64,000 bases of DNA, taken from positions 62,001 to 126,000 of the forward strand of contig JAKMXF010000133.1 in NCBI GenBank assembly GCA_024704765.1, in the 5' to 3' direction. Source of the stretch: Oopsacas minuta (taxonomy: Eukaryota > Animalia > Porifera). The notes beneath the pieces were generated by a model that was not told where the DNA came from, made no database searches, and saw nothing but the letters and a program-made list of their open reading frames with translations. Shown here one piece after another: positions 44,797-56,282 of this stretch (position 1 is the stretch's first letter; each line of letters starts with the position of its first letter). Both the position numbers and the translations under genes were made by a program.

Positions 44797-47700
44797 TTAA
44801 TGATTTTTGAAAATCTTGAAGTTAGTTCCAGATTCAATTTCTGATTCTGTAGACTCTTCTCTCCTTCCCCTACGTCTCCAGGATCTAAAAATAGAACATA
44901 AATACCACACAGGCTTCAAAACTGGTTCCAACAGGGTAGGATTGGGTCATTGTCCACCCTTGTTATTAGAACATTTAAGGAATATCTTAAAGGCAAGCAT
45001 ATTTGTCTTCAAATGTAATTTTTGATAAATACATAATCCAATCCTGCCCCTTAGGGTATCAAAACAGGACCCTCTCACCTCCAAATATCCTTATAAAACA
45101 TGTAAATAACAATAATAACAATAATCACAGAACAACTTCCAGCAAATACACTACCAGCCACTATTGCAGGAACATCCAATGAAAATGCAGGGATTGAAGA
45201 GTTAAAAGGAAATGGATTCAGCGGATCGATACACTTGAATGAGCCAATCATATTTGAGCATACAAATGTGTCGGGACAGGTGGCAGGATTTGTACATTCA
45301 TTCATATCCTGACAGGTTCTGCCATCTGACGATATAGCGTACCCCGTGACACAATCGCAGGTGTACTCTCCGATCTGATTGGTGCAATCTTGGTCACAAA
45401 TATCCGTCTGACATTCATTTGAATCCAAACACGAAAAAGAATCGATTTTACTTGGAACAAAACCTTGCTTACACAAACAAATGTTATTGGAACTAATTAG
45501 AGCGCAGATTTGAGATTCAGTGTCACAATCTGATGCAACACACGACACATCAGGTTCACACGTAAATGTGTCACCAGAGAGTGACAGTCCCGCGACACAA
45601 TCACAACGATATGATCCAGGTGTGTTGATGCATAATTGGTGACAAATTGGATTCTGACACTCATCTACATCCACACATACACCTAAAAATAGAACAATAC
45701 AAATATGCATATATAGATTTGGAAATTAGGTCAATTGGTACAATTATATGTACCAATTGTGCCACTTTAAGACATGGTGCGAGTGTCATGTCCCCCCGAA
45801 ACGTGTCAAAAGTGGCACTGTCCACATTGGACAACAAATACATTCCGTGGTAATATACAACATTCCGAATCTTCATTATGGTAGTCAAGTAACTTAAACT
45901 GGAACTATGAACTAGTATAACTCACCATCTGTATTTCTCTCATAACCATCAATACAAACACACTCAAATGAACCAATCAGATTATTGCAATATTCCACAT
46001 TACCACAATTATGGACAAACCCTCTATCACCGACACATTCATTATAATCTTCACAGTTCATGCCATCTCCTATCGTGCCATTTGGACAAGTGGCACACTC
46101 TGCCACAAGACTCGGAGGTGGCAGATCGACACATGACACCTCTGGGTAGCATTGTAGAGCTGTACAAGCATCCAGATCCTCTGAACACGTAGGTCCAGTG
46201 TAACCTAAAGGTGTGAAAATATATAAACAAATGGTGGGCGCCAAAAGGTGTGAAAATATGAAACTAACCTGGGTTACAAACACAAGTTTGTTTACCATAT
46301 AACAAAATGAAATTTTCTTGAGTAAAAGTTGAATTAGAACAAACACCAAATACACAGTCACAAACATTCAAAATGAAACTGAAACCAACCACCAAATTAG
46401 TTCTGGATTGAGCTAAAACAGTAATTCCGAATTCTTTGTTTTTCTCAAATTCAGCCAATCGAAATTTGAGAACATAAAAATTCCTAAAAGCTGTGAGATT
46501 ATTGGACAATCCAAGCTCTATATCATTCAATTTGGAACTAACACCTACACTATACACCCCAAGAGGATCAAATACTTCAAACTCAAAATAGTACCAAATA
46601 TTGATTCCAACACTTATTTCTTTAGTTCCATTTTTAAGCTCTAACTTTGGAGGAGAATTGGAACTAAGTAATTGAAGATTAATCAATTCATTTTGAGCAT
46701 TTAAAGTGTCGGTAGCTAAAATTGTGTCGCCTGCCACTAAATAGTCATACAAACAAGCTGTCGAACTGCCACAAATCTAAAAATAAAAATATATAAAGAT
46801 CCCCGCGTAAATTTACAAATGGCGCCTTTTTTGATTAACACATACATTCATAGCATCAGCTGATATGATTAAATCCGAGAAATAAACTGGAACTAAAGAG
46901 GTGTCAGTGTAAGTACTGGTATCTTCCAAGGCTTTATACTCAAATAAACTTGTACTTGTCACTGCCCAAGATTGCCCAAATGTGTCGAGTGCCATATCTC
47001 TCTGAAAAGGTGTCAAAGTGGTGAAATTCACACTTGTGCCATTCATAAGAATAATGTCATCTGATTGGTCAGAATTAAAATTGCCTAGCAACCCTACTGT
47101 AGTGGAGTTATGCGAAAATGGCAGAGAAATTTCATAATTTAAGGCGCCAGATTTAAGCGCCACTTTTACAGTAACACCTGTACTGAATACCACTATTGTT
47201 TCATTGGTTGGATTTACGGACACATTATAGCCATTTCTATTAAGAAAAGTAGGATAATCTGGTATAAGTGGCAGAGTGGCACGGCCAGTTGCATATGCCA
47301 CAATTTCACCACTTTCTATTTCAAACTGTATAACTTCAGAAGTGGAGGATTTGAGTACTAGAGCTGAGGTGTAAGTGGCTTCAAATGTGTCCAACTGTGT
47401 CGTACGCATTTGAGCTTCAAATAAGACAGATTTTGTAAGTATGAATTCACCTAACAATAGAAAAGGTGTGAAAATATGTATATAAAATGGAATTTTATGT
47501 TCTTACCAATTGCATTGAATGTAAATTCAAAACCATCAAAAGTTATGAAATGTGGATCTCCAAATCCACCAGAAAAACCACTTTTTTCAAAACCACTTAA
47601 CCCAATTTGTGGTCTCACTACATAATAATTGTCACAACTGGCACGAGTGGCACAACACAAATCAAAGAATCCATCTTCATAAGTGACATATTGAGGCACG

Positions 47701-50700
47701 AGTGGAGAAAACCTCAGGAATGTGGACAGGTGTGAAAGGAATGTGTCCGTTGCTATAGAGTAACAGCAAATAATTGATTGACTATCAGAAGATGGGTAAA
47801 CAGGTGTGACACAATATGGATCAGCTGTGTACCGGAAAAAGCGATAATCTGATTGGGCAGAAATCAAATCAGCTGGACAACTCCTAAAAAGTACAAAATA
47901 ATTCCCTAGTAACCATTATTCCCTCAAGAATGTATAAAACCATAAATATCTGAGGGAGATAAAAGGTGTGAAAATTGTGTCACAAATCATTTTTCAACCA
48001 ATCAAATTTAACAAATATGAAATTCAACCAATAGAATACCTGAGTGTAAACTCATCAGGTAGCATATAACCAGCTGGGTTAGTAAAACTATTCAAATCAG
48101 CTGTTATTCTCTCTTCACACAATTCAGATTGTGTCTTAGTAGGCACTTCACCAGGTGTTGAGCTTACCCGGTATCCTAGCACCACCTGAGGGTACACAGT
48201 ACTCTCATTGTTGGTACACGGGACCTATAATGTATATCTTAAATCGTGTCCCTATTAGCCCCAAAGAGGAGAGGGATTGATACACCATACGGTGGGATTG
48301 ACCCCTTTGGGGTGAAGTCATTTAAAGTATCAAATCCCTTAACCTCAGAGGGTGTGAAAAGTGGCACATACCATATACACATCATTTGTAGTACTCAGAT
48401 GATGATTGTTATAAAATGTGCCACCTGCGTTAAAGCCTATTGCAGCATTGAAGGGTGCTTTAGACCAATCAAAATCCTCACAGTTATAAGAGAATAACAC
48501 CTGTGTATTAACTGAGCCATCTGATAGGACAACAGCCTGGAATGTGTTATGCTAGAAAAGTAATAAATTCATTGGTTGGATATATCTAAAAATAGAATTC
48601 GGAATATAACTGCGAACTAACCTGCGTACAACTAGGCATATAATCTTGACCAATCAATAAACATCTGTAAAAAACACCTCCGTCAGCAGGGTATGGCCTC
48701 ACTTTATGCCATGTAGCCACTAGAGCATATTGGCCGTTAAAACCACTTCCAACCCTTGAGCTTAATTGGCTTAAAAGTGTCGCATCAGTGTGAAGTTGCC
48801 ATGACACCTCTCCAAGGAATGTGGTATCGATATTAGCCCAGAATGGCGCAATAATATACGCATTCTTAGTGAGATCTGAGTAACCAGGGAATATCTCTGG
48901 ATATGGAGGTGTGAATGGGTTGCCAAATGAAATAGTACCTTTATTACTCACCTAAGAACAAATACAAACTGGTGAGTCGTATCAGTATATGGGACCCTTG
49001 GGGGCAATGTAGACCCCTCGTAGACCCATGTTAGTGAATGGGGCATACAACAACCGGGACTACAATCAACACCCGTTATATCAAACACGAATATATCTAA
49101 TTACCCGCTCAAAGTATCATATATATCATCGAACTAATTATCGTGTCCCGTTAACTTAGATATAACAGAAGTTTGCTATGTTTCTCTGCCATTTCAAAAT
49201 GTCGCAAAGTTGTATGTCCAGACCACCTACTAGATTGTGGCGCCTAAATATGTGGAAATATCATAAAACTTATATGGCGCTTTCGTGTTTGACAACATAA
49301 GTAAAGAGAAATACAGGAGGAACACAAATTGAGCGGGTAACGCGGGACGTAGCATAAATGCCCGCACAACAAAAAAGCTGAACAATTGAGGTTATCGGCG
49401 GGACATTAGCCTCAAAAAAGTCCGAAAAGGCGGGACAATTATACGCTATTCAATTGAATAGTATTGAAAATTAAAACACTACGTCACCTCTACAATGTCT
49501 ACACAATATTCTAAATATAGAACTAAACCTAATATACTACAACCATAAAGTATGTTAGTGCTATAACTAACGCTTCTGTTGCAAACTGATACTATAACTA
49601 TGTAACACCTTATGTTATTACGTAATTATTGTAGACCAAACAATCGATCGAAATGTGATAAATAGGCGGAACGGATGTTCCTTTGAGCATATTTGTACAA
49701 TTTTGGTATAAGCGGGTGTAACCTCTACAGACGTAGTGACACCATTTCCCCTCTTGTGGAGGTTACCATGTATTTCTTTATTAAAACACTTGTGGAAAAG
49801 TGTCCTATCTTGTCTAATTGGGGGAGTTCGTGACACAATTTTATTAACTTTCTATTTAGACCACCAGTAGCCATGGCAACACCAGACCCAGAATTCGACA
49901 CAAAGGAATTCTCAGAAGAAGAACGAATGGCCTTACTGGAACTAAGAGCGTTAATTCTAGATATATTACCAGAGCGACACAATTTTGATAACGACACAAT
50001 CTTGATAAAATGGCTACGCGCGCGTAAATTGAATCCAGCCAAAGCAGAGAAAATGATTCGTCAACACTTCGCATACCTCGAAACAAATTGCCTCAATTAT
50101 ATCGACAAATGGCGCCCTCCAGAGGTGTTAACGAAATATTTACCATATGGCAGCTTTGGAGAGGACCGAGAGGGACGTCCTGTCGTATACTTCAGGTTCG
50201 GACAGATGGACGTAAGTGGGGTAAGTCGATCTGCCAGTAAAATAGAGCTGCTAAAGATAATGCATAAAAATACAAAACTTTTGGAAGATATTTATATAAC
50301 AAATAGCGCCAAATATGGCAGAAAAATTGACCAATTGGTTCTGGTGGTTGACCTGGAGGGACTTGGATTACACCATTTCTATCCGAGGGGTCTTTCATAT
50401 CTGAAAGCTCTCATTAGAGGATCAGAGGACAATTATCCAGAGACGATGGCGAGGATTTTGGTCATAACAAATTCTCCAGTTTTTCATTTAGGTTGGGAAT
50501 TCGCGGGCCATTTTATAGACGAAGGGACCAAAAAGAAAATCCAATTTATCCGACAGAGCGAGTGTGAGGAAAAGCTGACACAATTTATAACACCTCAAGA
50601 ACTGCCACAATGTTATGGTGGCACTGCCACTTTTCCAGACACAATTAGTCAAGGAGGGATTGTCCCTGAGAAATATTATTTGAAGAATATTCTAGATGAA

Positions 50701-53700
50701 AGACAACTGGAACTATCCTTAGTTCCAGTTAATGCTAGGTCATATGTACAAATTCATATTGAAGTATTGGCGCCAAAATCGATACTCTGTTGGATTTTCA
50801 AAACTAACAATTATGACATTAATTTCGCGATTTATTTTCAACCACTTGGCGACACTAACACCTCTCCAATAACTGACTTAAAATGTGTCTGCACGCTTCA
50901 AAGATGTGATTCACAAGTGGTTCCTTGTAAAGGCGACATAATGTGCCACATGGCTGGTATCTACATATTATACTTCGATAACACTTATTCATGGTTCCAT
51001 AATAAAGAGGTGCACTACATGTGCCACATAGTGCCACCTGACACCTATTTTTGAGGTGGTTTTTATTTTTAGATTATTTTACTAGACTTATCCCTTATTG
51101 AATGACACCTTTGTTCTATATTTAGTAACAGTTTTATACAACGTGGGTCCTCTCTAATTGTCCGCTCCGTAATCCATTGCGGGTACTGTACTCTGTATTC
51201 GGAAGGTGTCAACTAATTATACATATACCAAATTACAAATAATCGCCATATGAGGTGACACAATAGTGGCACAACTCACATAAGCAATATTGGTGTATAA
51301 TGAACCAATTAGAAAATATTCCGGCAGATTTATGGCAGATGATGTAACATGCTGTCCCTTAGCCAAAAGAGTATCTCCATTTATAGTTCCATATGGAACT
51401 AATAATTGTTCTGGAATCTGATTATCTAGAAATGAAGATGATAACAAATAAACAAACTGTTTTGACAAAAATGGTCCCCCCTACAAAACAGGTTCCGAGG
51501 GACCATTTTGACAAATATCCATGGTATTGAATAAAAATGGTCTCCCCACAAGTGGTAACTCAATAGGCTATAGACTAAATAGTAGGCCATTCATACTCCA
51601 TGTTTTAGAGTATTTGAAGGCAAGTTGCTTTAGTATTGTAAACACAGACACCCTCGCTAATCCGAACAGTCCTGCACCAATGAAAACACAAACTGTTCAG
51701 ATTAGTGAAATAACACTAATCCAATGGAGAATTACCACCTCGCTACCCCTCCCCCTATATCCAACAAAAATAATGGCTAATATCGAGTGCGGTATTAAGA
51801 TTCGCATTCAGTCTAGGCGAATGGTAAATGAGATTTTGCTAATTTCATAATCGTGGTAAGCTATGCCCGGTTGAGGGAGGTGCCCGTATCTTAACAACAA
51901 ATCTCGTATATTTTCTAAAGAAAATATTATTTTCTTACTTACTGCGTACAAAGAGCTGCGGATCTTGGAGGTTCTACTAACTCTACAAATCACATGCGAA
52001 AAGAAGATTCCAATCCCTCATATTTTTTGTTCAATAATCAGGATTAATGATACATTGCCCTGTCCGAGGGAATAACCAGTTCATGTACACATAGTTATCT
52101 GATTACTTAGCCATCATTACAATACAGAGTTTGAACTTTGAAGTCATACAAACGTTAAGAACTATTTGAGAATCCTCAAAAGTGAGGGGGACCAATTTTG
52201 CAGGGAGGGACCATTTTTATTCAATACCATGGTTAATTGTAGGGGGGACCATTTTAGTCAAAACAAAACAACAAACAAACAAACAAACAACTTACCATCA
52301 ATTGGATCAATTTGGAATGAGAACTCCTTGAGAGTTACAACTTCATTTAATCTGAAATTAGAAAGTGGTGCTATGACACCTGTGCCACTATACACGCCAC
52401 CTGGTGTGAGTGACCAATTACATTCTAGTGTCAGATTAAACGGAACTAATTTAGTAAACTCAACAGCTGGAGTTGTCTGAGAATTAGGTGTGTCTTTTAG
52501 TATTATCAGCTGATTCAAAACAGGCGTTGAAATGATACAAGAATAAAGATTCGAAGTTGTATCATTATCTACTTCCATGGTAACGAAGTAGGTTAATTGG
52601 AATGCAGCTGTTAATTCCGATACATCATTATCAGGTGTTAAATCCAAACTACAAATAAACATAGGATCTACTGTCAGAGACAAGGTGTCAGGTGTCGTTG
52701 TGTCGCTTAACGTGTATCCAGGCTGCATCACTAAAGGAGAAGTATAAATCACTGATCTGGCGCCTGAAACTTAAAGAGGCGCCTAAATATTAACTCACAA
52801 AATAGTTGTTGCACAATTTGGTCAGAGTATAAAGGTGTGAAGTGGCTGTCACATATTTGTGTCAGTCTAAGTGTGGCTATTAAATTACTGTCCCACTGTA
52901 CCAATCCGTATAATGTGTCTCTAACTGTAATACTCAAAGGTTCGTTGCTAGGCAACAGAGTTTGGTAGAAGGAATTTGCAGTTCTGGCATAGATATATAC
53001 GAAATAACATGATTGGTCAGTTATTGAGGTGTCTGTTAATGTGAAGGTGTAGAATGCTGGTGCGCAGGACTGTGCCCAACTCAAGGTGTTAATTCTTTGT
53101 GTAATTGGAACTAAACGAAGTACAGTTCCTGATATGTCGAAACTCAAGGGCCGCAATAATTAGTTAAATATTTGATTATTAGATATAGAAACAATTTGGT
53201 AATAAACAATAACAAACGTATGAAACTAAAAATATTACTTTCATTGAATTTGAAATTTTGAGTTTCATAGAAAGCAATTATGTAATTGTGTCGCTAATTG
53301 TGTCTATTATTAAGCCACATTATGAAACACATTACTTCACATTGAAAGTAATACTTAATTCTAATACAAATTCTAAAGAAGAGATATTTCTATAAAAGAA
53401 CTGAAGACAAAGAATATTGGAAATGGCAACAAACATGAGCCAGGTAACACCTTCAAAAGCTGAGAAGATGTTGAAGAAGTACGAGAATAGATTAAAGGAA
53501 ATTCTGTCCATTGACTTACAAGAAATTACAGTTAATGGAATTTCCGAATTGTCTAGAGGGTTCCAGTTGGAAATGGAAACTCTAAATAGCAAGAAGGCCT
53601 CCGTACTGTCCACAGAAACACGTGTATCCTTGAAGGGACGATATACCGGAATAATACAGGAGTACAGGAATATTGTTAAGATACCAAATATCCTCAATAA

Positions 53701-56251
53701 AATGGAAAGAATTGCAGTGACATATGACGTAAATATAGGTGTTAGAATAGTTGACAAGTTATCACGTCTCTACAAAGATTATGAATCTGTAATCTCCAGT
53801 AAAATACTTCCTGTCCCTCTCAAAGATTCATTCCAGGAGCGATACGACCAGCATTTACATAAAATATCTCTATTAATCATCGATGACGGCCTTCCTATTG
53901 AATTCAAAGACAGCCTCTACTACATAGAGAGGACTCTAGCAGAACCTTCTCTATACTCCCTAAACGGTCTCATCATGTGGAAGGAGACAGCTGAGGAAAA
54001 GATTCATAAAATTCAGAATCGGATAGTCCCTAAACTCCCAAAACCGATCGAGAGTGTGATAGTAAAGAGATACGAATCTCTGAGACTGAGACTGAAGGCA
54101 GAGATCTTAAAGATGAGGACTTATCCTATTCCAGAACCTTGGTGTTCAGATTGTATGAGGAAGGGAATGACACACTTGATTGAGGGAGAATTCATTTTCT
54201 ATTTAGATCCTGAAATAGAGGGAGACATGAAACCAGTGAATCCATCCAAGAGAGACCTGCTTCCCGGGGGTATCACACGTCAGGAGTATGACATGAGGCT
54301 AAACAGACTCAATATGGAGTATGCGATAGCTACAGATGAGTTGGAAACCAGGAATGCAGATAGGATAGAAGAGAATTGCAAATTGATGGAGGGTTGGTAT
54401 GCACGCATTGAGGAGAGTGTGACTTTCACGTTTAATGAACTATCTTTCCTGTACAGAGACGCTAGGTCTCTAGAATATCTGGTCAGGAAGAATAAGGAGG
54501 ATAAGTATTTGAAGGAAATATATGATATAATACAAAGAAAGATCCGTCACTATTACGACAACAGAATAGACATTCCTTCATTTGCTATCAACACTGATAA
54601 CGATCCCATGTGGATAGCTCCACCCAAAGAAGAGAGGAACATCCCTGTAGCATCTGGTGTTGATAGAGGTGGAGAAACTCCTCACCAATTAGATACACCA
54701 GCTGGTATAATTGTGGTTAAGAATACCGTAATAGTAGCGGATAGATACGGTGATACAGTCTCACTCTACAGAGCTAATGATCTTGCAGCTAAGTATTCGT
54801 ATCATTGCCCTCATTTGCCTGATACTCCTGTCTCATTGACATACTTCAAACAGTCCTTATTCATGTGCTATACAAGTTTATTAGCACAATTCAGCTTAAC
54901 ATGGAGAGATAGTATCGAGATATCTCGCATGATTCGTGAACACTACATCTCAATACCACAGGCTTGTTGTACCTCCTCTAACAGTAACCATTTGTATGTG
55001 GGGACTCTTAAGCCCAGTCTCATCCGTATGCAGGTAGATCCTCTCTGTATACAACAAGAATACCCACTCAATCCTATCCTGCATAACAAGATACCTAACA
55101 GGTATCCATGGCTACAGGACATGAAGGCTGTTGATGATTGTGTTATATGTCTCTTCACAGGATCTCCCTCTCCTCTACTAATGTTCTCTCTAGAAGGAGT
55201 ACTCATAAAGTCTATACTCACAGAGGATCAGATAGTAGGAGCATACAACTTCAACCTGTTCTATAATCATATCACAAATGAATGGAGAATATACATATGC
55301 GATTTCTGGGATAATTCCATCAAAGTGTTTGACCTGTCCTGGAGAATTCATAGAAACAGTTTGTGAGACAGGACATGGACTGTGTCAAATATTCCGTCCC
55401 TCTTGCATATTTATACAACGATCTGGCTATGTTACAGTTGGTGACATGAAGGAGGACAACTGTCTACAGATGCTCTAATCTCCTGTCCCATTGTTTATTA
55501 TTATCATTATTATTATTTGTTTATTTCCCAATTATAGTGATTTGTGTGTTTATACATTTTCTGAATAAAAAGCTACAATATCATAAATATCGATAAAATG
55601 GCAGTGACACTGAAATCTTGCTAGTTTCATTGAAACAAAAATTGGGAAATATTGCAAAATAGCTCAAAGTGACATAATTGTGTCACAAACACATTCCAGA
55701 AAGGATCACAGCTGGGGTTCATTCAAAAAATTATAATAATCATTTTGGGATATGTGAAAATTTCAATTCATACCACAAGAGTTCCAAATCTGTGTAACCA
55801 TTTGAATATTAATCGGAATGTTAGATTTCCCAAGGCCGCGCTGACTGACGTCATATATCGTCTATGCCATTAGGACATCTTCCTATACGAACTGTTCTAT
55901 AAATAACTCACCCAATATATACATATACCATGGAAGGAACAGCTGATCCACATAAACAGGAAATTGTATAATCACTGTATAGTTAACATTTGACACTAGC
56001 AAATTGGAACTGGAACTAAGATGACCTACTATACTCAATGTTTTAGTTTCAGATTGTAATAGTTAGAATAACTTCCATCAAATTGTCTCAATTGTGAGCT
56101 AGCATCTGATAGGATGATAGAGGTGTTAAATAGTGGCTCGTTACCATGGATATCAGATAGACACATAGTAATGTTTGTTATTTGTATAAATATCAAACTC
56201 TGATTGGTAACTTCAATACTGTACTCAGCTACTGCAATATTATCTAAAGTA

Positions 56252-56282
<31 letters not shown>

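Noticed and set aside
51521-51993. ORFs inside the TIR element as a transposase
   Set aside because: They are short, with no DDE, integrase or zinc-finger motif.
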